Below, in pieces: positions 38,295 through 49,001 of a stretch of 59,987 nt of DNA. The stretch's first letter is position 1. Each line of letters opens with the position of its first letter. This DNA comes from a virus (lineage: Duplodnaviria; Caudoviricetes), in IMG/VR virus record IMGVR_UViG_3300041779_000001, positions 1 to 59,987 of that record. One strand, 5' to 3'. The notes under the pieces are model-generated. The model searched no databases. It was not told where the DNA came from and saw only the letters and a program-made list of their open reading frames with translations. Position numbers and translations under genes: made by a program.

Positions 38295-38537
38295 AGTAGG
38301 ACAATCATCACGTCACGAAAAAGTTGAGATGATCGGCGGGACTGTCAACTTTTCATGATCATCAGGCATAAAAAATGTGTGCCGAGGGGTGGCCACCCCC
38401 AAAAATAGTTGGTTTGTCATTGACAGCCTATCAGCTCACTGATTAGGCATGTCATATGACATAACTCAACTGATTTATTGGTAGGGTAATGCCCCACCCT
38501 GAGGCCTTGAACGAACCAACCAAGAAGGAAGACGGCC

Positions 38538-39077
38538 ATGACCGCACCCCGTAAGACCGGTAAGACTGGTAGCCGTAACCCCGCAGCCAAGCCGACGTCA
38601 GTGAGTGCCTGGAAGAAATCTTCACTGGCGCCGGTGCTGGAGTTGCCCTCGGGCAAAGCCATGCGGGTGAAGAAGGTGGGCCTGCCGACTCTGATGAAGC
38701 TGGGTATCATGCCGAACTCGCTGATGGGCATTGCTCAGAAGGCGGTAGGCAAAGGTACGGGCAAGGCAGATGAGATGTCCCAGGAAGAGATGGCCGAGCT
38801 CATCTCTGACCCCAAGAAGATGAACGACATCGCTGATGCGATGGACGGGGTTTTGATCTTTGTCGCCCAGGAACCCCAGGTTTACCCGCTGCCCGGCGAT
38901 GGTGTGGAGAAGGATCCTGAACTCCTCTACGTCGACGAGGTGGATGATGAGGACAAGCTCTTCGTTTTCCAGGCAGTGACGGGGGGGACCACTGAGGTGG
39001 AAAGCTTTCGTGAAGAACACGTCGCAGGTATGGCTGCTATTCGTGGACTCCAAGACGTGGAATTGCCGGCCGAGTGA
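38538..39077 (+). CDS. Tail assembly chaperone
   Basis: Between major tail and tape measure; LELPSG, LYVDEVDDEDK. Confidence 0.8.
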   Translation: MTAPRKTGKTGSRNPAAKPTSVSAWKKSSLAPVLELPSGKAMRVKKVGLPTLMKLGIMPNSLMGIAQKAVGKGTGKADEMSQEEMAELISDPKKMNDIADAMDGVLIFVAQEPQVYPLPGDGVEKDPELLYVDEVDDEDKLFVFQAVTGGTTEVESFREEHVAGMAAIRGLQDVELPAE

Positions 39078-39291
39078 CCTGGTAGCTATCGAGGATCCCT
39101 ATGTAGCTTACTGCTTCGACCAAGCTGTAGGACACATCGGCCGATCAATCGAGGCTGAGTTGGACAAGGTCGAGTCCAAATCTGTAGCTGAGGGTGAGCA
39201 AAAGAGAAAGATTGTGCTTGAGCGATTCCTGGGCGACCCGGAGAAGCCCAGCAAGGGTCTGTATGCTGATCCAGCTGCAATGATGACATAG
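39007..39291 (+). CDS. Tail assembly chaperone extension in the +1 frame (frameshift product)
   Basis: Overlapping ORF open from 38980 with RPSDL...YCFDQAV; no clear RBS. Confidence 0.65.
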   Translation, partial: FVKNTSQVWLLFVDSKTWNCRPSDLVAIEDPYVAYCFDQAVGHIGRSIEAELDKVESKSVAEGEQKRKIVLERFLGDPEKPSKGLYADPAAMMT

Positions 39292-39301
39292 GGAGATCAC
39301 G

Positions 39302-42139
39302 ATGGCTAGATCGCTTGGAGCTATATCGGGCCAAGTGAGGCTTGACGCAGCTTCAGCGATTGCCGCGTTCGCAGCTGTTCGATCGGCTTCAGCTAGAACT
39401 GCCACCGAGGTCAATGCGGCGGGAACAAAGCTCAAGGCCTTCGGTAAGGTTTCCATGGTTGCCGGCCTGGCACTCGTGGCGGGGTTCGCGGTGGCTATCA
39501 AGGCTGCCGCGGACTTCGAAAAGAAAATGGACTACTTCGGTGCGGTTAACAACGCAACCGCTGCCGACATGGAGAAAGTTCGCGCCAAGGCACTGGAACT
39601 TGGTCGGGACAGTCAGTTCTCTGCGGGGCAGATCGCGGATGCCTTCGTTGAGATGGGCAAGGCTGGCATATCCGTTACTGATATTACGGGTGGTCTAGCC
39701 GATGCCATCGTCAACATGGCGGCCGCGGCTGACATTAGCCTCGACCAAGCCACAAACATTGTCACTTCTCAGATACAGGCCTATGGGCTAGCGGTAAAGG
39801 ACGCGGCTCACATCACCAACATCATGGCGGGTGCGGCTAACGCATCCATTATCGATGTTGAAGACTTGGGCGTATCACTGAAGTATGTCGGTGGTGTGGC
39901 ACATGCCCTGGGCATTTCTTTTGATTCTACGGTCACAGCTCTATCGCTCTTGGGTAAGGCCGGCATCAAGGGTTCTACCGCCGGCACCTCGCTACGCCAG
40001 ATCATGGTCTCACTCGCCGGCGGTACCTCGAAGGCTAAGGATGAGCTCAAGGCTCTTGGTATCATTACGAAGAGTGGCAGTAACCTCTTCTTCGATGCTA
40101 CCGGTAAAGCCAAGTCCCTCGATCAGGTCTTCCAGATCTTGCAGGATCACACTCGTGGTCTGACGCAAGAGCAGCAGTTGATGGCTTACCGTACTATCTT
40201 CAACAACCGAGCTCTTGCCGCTGCCGAGATTCTGACCAAGAGCGGTGCCGCTGGGTTCGCCCAGATGGCTACTCAGATGAGTAAGACTACGGCAGCTGAC
40301 GTCGCAGCTAAGAGGATGGATAACCTCTCCGGCGACATCAAGCACCTGAAGTCCTCGATCGATACCCTGATGATCCAGGCTGGAACTCCGTTCCAGAATA
40401 TGCTTCGGGGAATAGTACAAAGTCTGACCAAGCTTATCAATGCCTTCATTGATATGCCGTCTGGTGCTCAGACTACCATCCTAGCTTTCATAGCAATCAC
40501 CGGAGTCACCCTGACCATGATCGGGGCTATCGCCCTGATCGGGGGTACACTGTTCAAGGCTGCCGCAGTTATGAGGCAGACGGTTGGGGCTTATCGGGCC
40601 CTAGTGGCGATAACCCGAATACTCACCGCGGCTACCTGGGAAATGACCATAGCTGCACTGAGTAACCCTTATGTCATCATCGGGGTTGCGATCGTTGCTC
40701 TAATCGTGGGTATGTATCTACTGTATCAGCGCAGTGAAAAATTCCGGGCTATCCTGAGTGCCATCGGTAGTGGCATTAAGACGGGGTTCCTTGCCACCGT
40801 AAACTGGTTCAAGAGTCTGCCGGGGTTCTTCGAACGTCTCTGGCACGACATCGCTGGCTGGTTCATGACTGGGGTGAACTGGGTAGTTAAACTCTGGGAT
40901 TCTCTCGGGAGTAAAATCAAATCCTCCCTTGACTATATCTCAGGGATGTGGACTTACTTTGGTCTGAAGATCATAAACTTCTTCGAGGGCATTCCCTACG
41001 CACTTGGTATGCTGGTAGATCAGGCGATGATGATCATCGTCACCTTCTTTAAGAATCTGCCGTATGAAGTCGGTTATGGTCTTGGTTATATCTTGGGTCT
41101 CCTCGTACGAGGATTCCTGAATATGAACAAGGCAATCTACAACTTTGCCATGACCGCTACCAAGGATGTCGGAGACTTCTTTGTTGCCCTACCCGGGCAT
41201 ATAGAGAATGTCCTGGTTGCTATGACGGTGGCCTTCGTCAAGTGGGCCAAGAGCTTTGGCATCTCAGTAAAGAACTGGGCCGTTAATGCCTACAATGTAA
41301 CTATCACCTGGTTCTCTAAACTGCCCGGACGAGTTGCCTCATTCTTCACTAGTCTCTGGCACAACTCAGTAAAGGCTTTCGATAGTTTCACCGTGGCTTT
41401 GACCCGGTGGTTGATCAATACTTACAATGCTACCGTAACTTGGTTTGCCAAGCTACCGGGTCGAGTTTACTCTGCATTGGTTGACTTGAAGAACAGGGCC
41501 GTCAGCGCCTTTAATGCTACGGTCAGTGCCGCCAAGAACTTTGGCAAAGAAGTTTACGATGGCGCCATGAACTTCATCAACAAGATTCCGGGGGCTGTGT
41601 GGGGCGCCCTAAACAATGCCATCGGAACCTTTAAGAGTATGATCTCCTCAGCTTACAACTCTGCCAAGGACTTTGGTCAGGGCCTCTGGGATGGTTTCAA
41701 GCACGGTATGGGTATCAACTCGCCCTCGTATATAGAGAAGGCGATGGTCCAGGTGACCAAGGTTACCGATGCAGAAACTAAGAAGCTGGGTAATCAGGTC
41801 AAGGTTCTAAGGGGGTTGGCTGGACAGATAACTGATACAAACCCAGCTAAGGCTTCAGCCGCCCTAAACACCTCGACCATGGCCGGACTAACTCAGAACC
41901 TTGCCCAGCAAGCCTTGATGTTGCACGCAGCTTCTTCGGCACTTTATCCGATGGGTGATGCGAACTCGATTGCGCGAGCGAGTGCATCAAGCGGGCCGTC
42001 AAGTACTTCCTCAACGAGCTGGGATAAGGGTGGGGATCAGCGGGCTATCAATGTGACTGTCAACAATCCAGTCGCTGAACGCGCATCCGATTCGACCGCA
42101 CGGAAGCTTCGCACTCTTACTTCAATGGGGGCTTTCTAA
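39302..42139 (+). CDS. Tape measure protein (TP901-like core)
   Basis: FEKKM...ALELG...FSA, AGIKGSTAGTSLR, MDNLSGD; W/F repeats. Confidence 0.93.
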   Translation: MARSLGAISGQVRLDAASAIAAFAAVRSASARTATEVNAAGTKLKAFGKVSMVAGLALVAGFAVAIKAAADFEKKMDYFGAVNNATAADMEKVRAKALELGRDSQFSAGQIADAFVEMGKAGISVTDITGGLADAIVNMAAAADISLDQATNIVTSQIQAYGLAVKDAAHITNIMAGAANASIIDVEDLGVSLKYVGGVAHALGISFDSTVTALSLLGKAGIKGSTAGTSLRQIMVSLAGGTSKAKDELKALGIITKSGSNLFFDATGKAKSLDQVFQILQDHTRGLTQEQQLMAYRTIFNNRALAAAEILTKSGAAGFAQMATQMSKTTAADVAAKRMDNLSGDIKHLKSSIDTLMIQAGTPFQNMLRGIVQSLTKLINAFIDMPSGAQTTILAFIAITGVTLTMIGAIALIGGTLFKAAAVMRQTVGAYRALVAITRILTAATWEMTIAALSNPYVIIGVAIVALIVGMYLLYQRSEKFRAILSAIGSGIKTGFLATVNWFKSLPGFFERLWHDIAGWFMTGVNWVVKLWDSLGSKIKSSLDYISGMWTYFGLKIINFFEGIPYALGMLVDQAMMIIVTFFKNLPYEVGYGLGYILGLLVRGFLNMNKAIYNFAMTATKDVGDFFVALPGHIENVLVAMTVAFVKWAKSFGISVKNWAVNAYNVTITWFSKLPGRVASFFTSLWHNSVKAFDSFTVALTRWLINTYNATVTWFAKLPGRVYSALVDLKNRAVSAFNATVSAAKNFGKEVYDGAMNFINKIPGAVWGALNNAIGTFKSMISSAYNSAKDFGQGLWDGFKHGMGINSPSYIEKAMVQVTKVTDAETKKLGNQVKVLRGLAGQITDTNPAKASAALNTSTMAGLTQNLAQQALMLHAASSALYPMGDANSIARASASSGPSSTSSTSWDKGGDQRAINVTVNNPVAERASDSTARKLRTLTSMGAF

Positions 42140-43005
42140 TGACAGCTACGACTGCCGAAACCCTTACCGTCGATGGGGTTTTGCTCAACACCCTCGCCAA
42201 GAACATCGAATCTATCGCTGGTCGACTCAGTGTTCCGGTCATCCGGACAGACAATGTTGCCGTACCCAGTAGGCATGGTCGACTAAGGACTACCCAGAAG
42301 TTCTATGATGAGGGTCAACTGGTCCTGCCTATGTGGGTTAAGGGGTGTGATGACAATGGAAACGTTCCGACCAGTGCTCGGCAGATGTTCTACTCCAACG
42401 TCAATGCCCTGAGCAACCTATTCAGGCCGGGTAGTGGCATGATGACTATGGTCCACACACTGCCCGATCATAGTATTCGCCGGGCGATGGTGGAATGTAC
42501 AGAGGCGATTAACTTCTCAGTACTCGGGGGTAACAATCCTCTCGGTAAGTTCTCGGTAGCTCTGAGGGTACCCAAAGCTTTTTGGGAAGATGTAAATCCC
42601 TTCTCGATCGATCTTACCTCAGTCCAGAATGGGGCAGTAACAACCTTCGATGGAACGACAGCTCCAGTCGAGGACTCGGTTATCACGATCACCGGCCCAG
42701 CTACCGGCTGCAAGATTGAAGCTCGATACGGAGGCAATGCCCTCGAGAACCCTTCCTGGGTACAGTATAATGGTACCTTGACCGCTGGGCAAACCCTGAT
42801 CATCGACTGCGGTAATTGGACCCTGACCGGTACTGGGGGCCTGGTAGTTAACTATAGTTTTCTCGCTCATGCCGGCGGGGCCCGATGGTTTACTATGGTA
42901 CCCGGACCGCCAAGTCTTCCTCCCGAGGTCAAGATAACAGCTACGGGTACAACTGGGGCCACCAAGATAAACATTTCGGCCCGACGAAAGTTCTTGGTGG
43001 GTTAA
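42139..43005 (+). CDS. Distal tail (Dit-like) protein
   Basis: Follows the tape measure; ITITGPAT. Confidence 0.75.
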   Translation: MTATTAETLTVDGVLLNTLAKNIESIAGRLSVPVIRTDNVAVPSRHGRLRTTQKFYDEGQLVLPMWVKGCDDNGNVPTSARQMFYSNVNALSNLFRPGSGMMTMVHTLPDHSIRRAMVECTEAINFSVLGGNNPLGKFSVALRVPKAFWEDVNPFSIDLTSVQNGAVTTFDGTTAPVEDSVITITGPATGCKIEARYGGNALENPSWVQYNGTLTAGQTLIIDCGNWTLTGTGGLVVNYSFLAHAGGARWFTMVPGPPSLPPEVKITATGTTGATKINISARRKFLVG

Positions 43006-43006
43006 C

Positions 43007-46000
43007 ATGGCACCCCAATTTATGCTGCGTACGGTTACTTCGGTTGGCAACCTCGATCAATTTTTGCCCGATGTTCAAAGCCTAACTCTCTCGCCTGTAT
43101 TCTCTCAGGCTGGCTCGGTAATCTTCACATATCCTCAGAGTGGCAAGAATTACAACTTGCTGGTTGAAGATACTGAGATTGCCGTGATGATCGACGGGGT
43201 CGAGGCTGGGGCACTTCGATGCATCCTCGAACAGATCGAGGGAGATGATGCCAATGAGGCTGCCGATGGTATGGTGTGGACATTCACTTGCCGCACAACC
43301 ATGGCTCTCTTTGACCGGGCGGTAGTTTATCCTAAGGGTTGGCCTGGTGCTAATAATCCCCCGACCCATAGTTGGACTACCACCACTGCTGGGGGAGTCC
43401 TCAAGGACCTGGTGGCTAAGGCCCAAGGTCGAGGAACACTCACCGATCTCACTTTGGCCTTCGACAATGTCCATGACTCGGCTGGACAAGCATGGGCAGA
43501 AAACCTCGACAACCTAAGCTACGATGCTGGCACTAAGTATTCTGATATCATCCAGGGTCTGGTTGATGGTGGATACTTGGAAGTATCGATGGATAGGCGA
43601 ACTCTGTCAGCCTACAATCCCGGTACTCTCGGCGTCGATAGATCAACCGGTACTAATCCTCTGAGGTTCCATGAGGGTCGGGATCTAAGTGAGTCTCCCC
43701 GTAAGGTAAGTACTCGGGATCTAGCCACCTACTTGTTGGTTGCCGGCACGAATAATGCCTATGTTGAACAGGGCTCCGCTTCTGACATCGTCACCCAATG
43801 GGGTCGACGGGAATCGTATTACTCCGCTAATAACTCTGATGCTGAGGGTGTGCTCAGAGTAACGGGGTCATGGAAACTTGCTACCCTCAACCGGCCTCTA
43901 CTCGAGGTCACCCACGGTCTAGTTTTTGAAGACTCATCAAACCCCCGGCCTATTCGAAACTTTGGCCTAGGTGACTGGGGTCTAAGCGATGTAGGGCGAG
44001 GGTGGGAACGATACCGGATCAAGCAATGGGTCATGGTATTGAATGCCGACGGAACTGTTAATGGTTCTGTAACCCTGAACGACCTCATTGCCGAGCAGAT
44101 CGATAAGCTCAATTCTCGTCTTGGGGGTATCGAGAATGGGAGTTCGGCTACTGGCGGATCTGACGAGGTCGACGATGGAAAAGCTCCGGCAGTTCCCACG
44201 GGCTTGAATTTGACCAGTGATTACTACCTCAGTGGTACTCAAGCTCTGGCTATCATTACTGCGAACTGGGTAGCAGTTACCACAAATGCCGATGGATCTG
44301 TTGCGACCGACCTCAACTACTATTTGGTAAGGTGGAAGTACTCTACCGATACCAACTGGCGGACTACGCAGCGAATCGACAACGGCGATACTGTCGCCTA
44401 CTTCGACGGGTTGTTCCCGAATCAAACTGCTCAGGTTCAGGTTGAGGCGGTCGACAAGTATAACCGAGTCAGTGGATGGTCCCCAACCGTATCAATCACT
44501 ACAGCCTTGGATACTATCCCCCCAGTAAAACCCTCGGCACCGGTAGTAGTATCCAACGTTGGAACTCTTCGGGTAACTTGGAGTGGCCTCGATTACCTGG
44601 GCAGTCAGCAGGCACCCGACTTCAAGGGTGTGGAGGTACACATTGGAACTAATGGTACTTTCACCCCCGATAACACCACACTAAAGGATTTCCTTACCTC
44701 TCGGTCCACTACTTCAACCACCATCACCGGGTTGACTTATGGAACTGATTGGTTTGCTCGACTGGTCGCTGTAGATACTACGGGCAACCGAAGTGCCCCC
44801 TCTGACCTGACCTCGACTAGTCATGCTGTACTCAACCAGATAGTCAGTGTTGAAATTGGTACTGGGCAGGTTGGTCTCAACAACACCGCATTCAGTGACG
44901 TTGGTAACCTGCTCGACGATGGATCCTTCGAGATAGCTACCAAGCGAGCTGATCGCCAGACTCAGATCAACGGCACTCACTTGGCCTTTGATTCCTCAGT
45001 CTCCTCGAGTGGGGCCTGGAGTCTGAGAAGTGATTCATTCGTCGCGGGTACGGTCGAATACTTCACCCTCCAGGATGCGCTTCCAGTCAAACCTGGAGAG
45101 CGAATTTTCGGTGCGCTTGACCTCAGGGCCACTAGCGGCTTCACCGGGGCGGTTAATCTCGACATCGCCTGGTTCAATGGAACCGGTACCCAGATAGATT
45201 CTGCCGGCAACCCCATTGCCAACTTCTATACTCTGGCTGGTACAGCTAATACCGTAGCAGATAATAACTGGCATGCTCGGGTGACTGGAGTATCATTGGT
45301 GGCACCCCCCGGGGTAGCTACCATGCGACTGCTATTGTATACTTCTGGACGAACTGCTGGTACCGTCTGGGCAGATGCAATCGAGGTACGTAAGCAGATA
45401 GATACTCTGCTGATCCAACAGGCTGCTATCACCACGGCATTGATCGCTAACTTGGCGGTTAATAATGCCAAGATCAGTGACTTGAGCGTCGGTAAGATCA
45501 CCGCCGGTACCTTGAATGCCGATATCATCGTCGGCTCGAGAATTAAAACGGCTGACACCGGGGCCAGAACTGAGATGAATACTTCAGGCTTCGGGGCCTG
45601 GGATTCTTCTAACACCCAGACTTTCTCGGCCTCATCTTCTGATGGCTCCATTGTCATAATTGGTAGCCTTAAATCTGGGCCTGCCGGTAACCGGGTTGAG
45701 ATCAACCCTTCGGGAGGGTTGCCCGAGATAAGGTTCTACCCCTCAACGGGTAGTAACTATGCATTCATCAACGCGTTTAGCCCAACCGGATCTGGGTCAG
45801 CCTTCCTGGGACTTAACTCGGGACAATCTACGCTGAATGGGCAAACTTCGTCATTCCGAATTTTCATGGCGGATGACCAAGCTTCTTTCGAGACTATCAT
45901 ATCGGCAACCCAGGCAAAACTGGGTACCTATATAACTCTCTTCGAGACCGATGCTGCTTTTGCCTACTGCAATTCTGACGGTAGCGATGCGGGGTTCGTC

Positions 46001-46360
46001 TATGTCGGAAAGACCTCGACTACCGTCGGGTACAGCAGTACAAGCGACAGCAATGATACTTGGTGGTATTTCAACAATGACGGTACAACCGGGCTAGTTG
46101 GTCGATTCCCAAATAGCCCCAGTGTAGGACATAATGAGGCTATCTGGACGGGAGATGGCTCGGTAAGTTCAGCTTTCCAGGGGGTGGCATTTGGGTACGG
46201 AGTAACCATGCTCACCACTCCTCGGCCTTTGACCAGTCTATACTATGTGGGTGCTAGCCAACCCTTCTCCTGGGTCAGTGCCCGATCTACCACCGGGTTC
46301 ACCGCATCCTGGAATATCGCCCTCAGTATTACCGTGCAGTGTCTAGCTTTCAGGATGTGA
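43007..46360 (+). CDS. Baseplate hub/central fibre with fibronectin-III and carbohydrate-binding-like domains
   Basis: FN3 signatures (PAVPTGL, VEAVDKYNRVSGWS, AVDTTGNRSAPS); GNLLDDGSFE; AITTALIANLAVNNAKI repeats. Confidence 0.8.
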   Translation: MAPQFMLRTVTSVGNLDQFLPDVQSLTLSPVFSQAGSVIFTYPQSGKNYNLLVEDTEIAVMIDGVEAGALRCILEQIEGDDANEAADGMVWTFTCRTTMALFDRAVVYPKGWPGANNPPTHSWTTTTAGGVLKDLVAKAQGRGTLTDLTLAFDNVHDSAGQAWAENLDNLSYDAGTKYSDIIQGLVDGGYLEVSMDRRTLSAYNPGTLGVDRSTGTNPLRFHEGRDLSESPRKVSTRDLATYLLVAGTNNAYVEQGSASDIVTQWGRRESYYSANNSDAEGVLRVTGSWKLATLNRPLLEVTHGLVFEDSSNPRPIRNFGLGDWGLSDVGRGWERYRIKQWVMVLNADGTVNGSVTLNDLIAEQIDKLNSRLGGIENGSSATGGSDEVDDGKAPAVPTGLNLTSDYYLSGTQALAIITANWVAVTTNADGSVATDLNYYLVRWKYSTDTNWRTTQRIDNGDTVAYFDGLFPNQTAQVQVEAVDKYNRVSGWSPTVSITTALDTIPPVKPSAPVVVSNVGTLRVTWSGLDYLGSQQAPDFKGVEVHIGTNGTFTPDNTTLKDFLTSRSTTSTTITGLTYGTDWFARLVAVDTTGNRSAPSDLTSTSHAVLNQIVSVEIGTGQVGLNNTAFSDVGNLLDDGSFEIATKRADRQTQINGTHLAFDSSVSSSGAWSLRSDSFVAGTVEYFTLQDALPVKPGERIFGALDLRATSGFTGAVNLDIAWFNGTGTQIDSAGNPIANFYTLAGTANTVADNNWHARVTGVSLVAPPGVATMRLLLYTSGRTAGTVWADAIEVRKQIDTLLIQQAAITTALIANLAVNNAKISDLSVGKITAGTLNADIIVGSRIKTADTGARTEMNTSGFGAWDSSNTQTFSASSSDGSIVIIGSLKSGPAGNRVEINPSGGLPEIRFYPSTGSNYAFINAFSPTGSGSAFLGLNSGQSTLNGQTSSFRIFMADDQASFETIISATQAKLGTYITLFETDAAFAYCNSDGSDAGFVYVGKTSTTVGYSSTSDSNDTWWYFNNDGTTGLVGRFPNSPSVGHNEAIWTGDGSVSSAFQGVAFGYGVTMLTTPRPLTSLYYVGASQPFSWVSARSTTGFTASWNIALSITVQCLAFRM

Positions 46361-46362
46361 TC

Positions 46363-46914
46363 ATGGACTACCATCTGGTTTCTGTAGATTCTCACGATGA
46401 TGACTTTCGGTTCATGGCTGCATTCAAGCCTCCCACGGGTAAGCTCTTGGCTTATTTCTTTCCACACCATTCGCTAGAGGCTAGAGCGGGTGAATATGGA
46501 CTAGATCCCACGGCTGATCGAGATACTCTGCTAGACATCCTTCTTCACGAGCCGTTCATGGATCCTCTACCTGAGGCTCAACTGAGGCGCGATGCTGAGG
46601 GTGCCGAGAGTAAAAAGGGTGATCTGATTCACCTGTTCAATGCTCCCACGATCGAGGATGCCAAGAAGGCCCTATTGGACCGAGTCGCTAAGACTAAGGC
46701 CGAGGGAGTCAAGGTCATCTGGGATGCTGATACCGCCCAGGTGCTGAAGAATCACCCGGTCGACCCTGTTCGTGTGGAGGAACATCGCCAACGCATCTTC
46801 ACTACTAGGGGTCGACTCGGTCGAGAAATTCTTCCCCCTAAAGCCCAGCAACCTCAAGCTTATGATCCCGCAATTCGCCGGCGAGGGGTGACAGTAGCCC
46901 TCCTGGATACCTGA
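46363..46914 (+). CDS. Hypothetical tail-region protein
   Basis: Operon packing. Confidence 0.65.
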   Translation: MDYHLVSVDSHDDDFRFMAAFKPPTGKLLAYFFPHHSLEARAGEYGLDPTADRDTLLDILLHEPFMDPLPEAQLRRDAEGAESKKGDLIHLFNAPTIEDAKKALLDRVAKTKAEGVKVIWDADTAQVLKNHPVDPVRVEEHRQRIFTTRGRLGREILPPKAQQPQAYDPAIRRRGVTVALLDT

Positions 46915-47004
46915 CGAGAATGATGGGTAAGGTCTAGGGAATCGAGATAGAGCATCTCCTGATATTATCGCATCAAGGTATTCTCGGAGATGGGGAACTA
47001 GGTT

Positions 47005-47253
47005 ATGGCTGACGGTAACAATTCATTCGAGGTAGATCCAGAACTTCTCCAGCGAGTGTATAAGCAGAGGCTGGCAGAGGCGACTGAGCAGAATCTTCTG
47101 CTGACGGCAGCGGCTACCCAGCTTCAGAATCAGCTGCAGGGGGCCCATGATCGGATTACCATGCTGGAGGACCAGCTCGAACTCTACACTGGCAATGAGG
47201 CCGATACCCCCGATAGCTCGGAAGTTCCAGATGAGGTTGTTAAAGCTGGCTGA
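47005..47253 (+). CDS. Coiled-coil hypothetical protein
   Basis: Heptad pattern. Confidence 0.65.
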   Translation: MADGNNSFEVDPELLQRVYKQRLAEATEQNLLLTAAATQLQNQLQGAHDRITMLEDQLELYTGNEADTPDSSEVPDEVVKAG

Positions 47254-47283
47254 TCCCAGCTGGCGGGATGGGAGGAACCTGAG

Positions 47284-47622
47284 TTGAACCTGGGATCCCT
47301 ACCGGTAATCCCGACTGGGGCGACTGGGTTTGTAACCCTCATCGTCGCCATGATTCTCAGGGGAAAGCTAGTCCTTAAGTCTGCTGCAGATCAGAGGATG
47401 GTTGAACTTGAGAACCGACTCCTCGAGGTAAAACAGGATCGGGATATGTGGAAAGCCACTTACCACAGCGAAGTTAGAACTAACGTTCAACTTGTGGGTC
47501 AGCTCAATAGTCTGATGGAAGTAGGCCGGACTACCGATCACGTAATGCGGAGTCTATCTACCTCATCAGAATTGGTGGGAGGTGGGGATGATCAGGTTTC
47601 ATCGACACCAATCTCACCCTGA
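47284..47622 (+). CDS. Membrane protein of the lysis cassette
   Basis: N-terminal TM, ILRGKLV, RDMWKA; GGAGG RBS. Confidence 0.7.
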   Translation: MNLGSLPVIPTGATGFVTLIVAMILRGKLVLKSAADQRMVELENRLLEVKQDRDMWKATYHSEVRTNVQLVGQLNSLMEVGRTTDHVMRSLSTSSELVGGGDDQVSSTPISP

Positions 47623-47821
47623 CCTCTCAGAGCTTCCTAAGATCTCGCCGAAAGAAAAAGCTGAGGTCCAGGAGGAACTCCGCAAATCTGAGATGAGATT
47701 TCTAGAGATAAGCAGGAGGTGGCCGGAAGTGATGGGGGTAGTAAATTCTCTCATAGAGATAAGACGAGAGAATAACTTCCAGGCCAAGATACGAAATGCA
47801 CTGACAGGGGAGAACCCATGA
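47588..47821 (+). CDS. Small lysis-cassette protein
   Basis: RRENNF motif; overlaps neighbours. Confidence 0.6.
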   Translation: MIRFHRHQSHPDLSELPKISPKEKAEVQEELRKSEMRFLEISRRWPEVMGVVNSLIEIRRENNFQAKIRNALTGENP

Positions 47822-48114
47822 CCGGCGGGCAGTTGGCCAATGGCATAGGTAGTGCGGTGGCAGCACTCTCCAGTGGTGGGTTCATCCTTACTTATGGGGT
47901 TTTGGCTAGATGGTATAGGACAGTAACCGGTCGATTTCTCATGGTACTGGCCGTCTCAACTCTAGCAACCTGCTTCATAACTCTGAATATCACGGCTAAG
48001 GGATTTACATCCCAAGCTGATTGGCTTCGGTATCTGCAAGCCGTAGTCTGGATATCGATCGGAGCTACCTACATCTACCAATCATGGTTGGTGTGGAAAG
48101 AACAAAGGAAGTAG
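47818..48114 (+). CDS. Three-TM membrane protein (holin-like)
   Basis: Three hydrophobic helices; WYRTVTGRFLM. Confidence 0.7.
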   Translation: MTGGQLANGIGSAVAALSSGGFILTYGVLARWYRTVTGRFLMVLAVSTLATCFITLNITAKGFTSQADWLRYLQAVVWISIGATYIYQSWLVWKEQRK

Positions 48115-48119
48115 GTCAG

Positions 48120-49001
48120 ATGATTAAGATCGTAGATGTATCGTCTCATAACTCGGCGACTGGATACTCTATCGCAGGGTGTGACGGGGTCATCGTCAAG
48201 GCAACTCAGGGTACAACCTACACCAACCCCAATCATGCGGCCCAGGTCAAGCGAGGTCGAGACAATGGGCTGGGCATCGGGCACTATCACTACTCTGAAG
48301 GTACTGATCTCCATGCCCAGGTAGACTACTTCCTGAAGCAGGCTAAGCCTCAGCCTCATGACTGGTTGGCGCTTGACTGGGAGAACCCTGAGGTCAGTTC
48401 AGCAGAAAAGGATGACTTCCTGGCTTACTGCCGATCTCGAGCTGCGGGTCGAAAGATCTTGCTCTACTGCAACACTGACTTCTGGTTGCATCGAGAATCG
48501 GGGGCTCACCGAGCTGACGGCCTTTGGGTCGCAGCTTACAATGGTAGGCCTGGCAATCCGGGTATCAAGGACTCCTGGTGGGGTCATCAGTACACGGACA
48601 CTCCAGTTGACCTCACAGTCGCCCAGTTCTCGACTCGAGCTCAGCTCTTGGCTTGGGCTGGGGCTACCCCGACGCCGACTCATCTTCCGGTGATCTCTCT
48701 GGCTCACGCGACCAAGGCTTTCCACACTGATCCTAGTGCGAAGCAGGGTCATCAGACCTATGGCAGCGAGATCAAGATCCTCGAGCATGCCCTGGTCAAG
48801 GTAGGATGCATGCACACCTCGAAGTACACCGAGGATGGATCTGCCGGTACCGAAACTGTCAAGAGCTACAGTGATTGGCAGAAGAAGTACAGCCGAGCCC
48901 ACAAGCTCAACTGGGGTGGCTCCGACGTCAACGGATTCCCGGGGATGACTTCTCTCAGGGCGCTGGGTGCTCAGTCTGGTCTGTTCTCGGTGGTGAAGTA
49001 A
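48120..49001 (+). CDS. Endolysin, GH25 muramidase with C-terminal peptidoglycan-binding domain
   Basis: VDVSSHN, VKATQG, GHYHY, ALDWE, LWVAAY, HQYT; DGSAG and NGFPG..SL. Confidence 0.92.
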   Translation: MIKIVDVSSHNSATGYSIAGCDGVIVKATQGTTYTNPNHAAQVKRGRDNGLGIGHYHYSEGTDLHAQVDYFLKQAKPQPHDWLALDWENPEVSSAEKDDFLAYCRSRAAGRKILLYCNTDFWLHRESGAHRADGLWVAAYNGRPGNPGIKDSWWGHQYTDTPVDLTVAQFSTRAQLLAWAGATPTPTHLPVISLAHATKAFHTDPSAKQGHQTYGSEIKILEHALVKVGCMHTSKYTEDGSAGTETVKSYSDWQKKYSRAHKLNWGGSDVNGFPGMTSLRALGAQSGLFSVVK

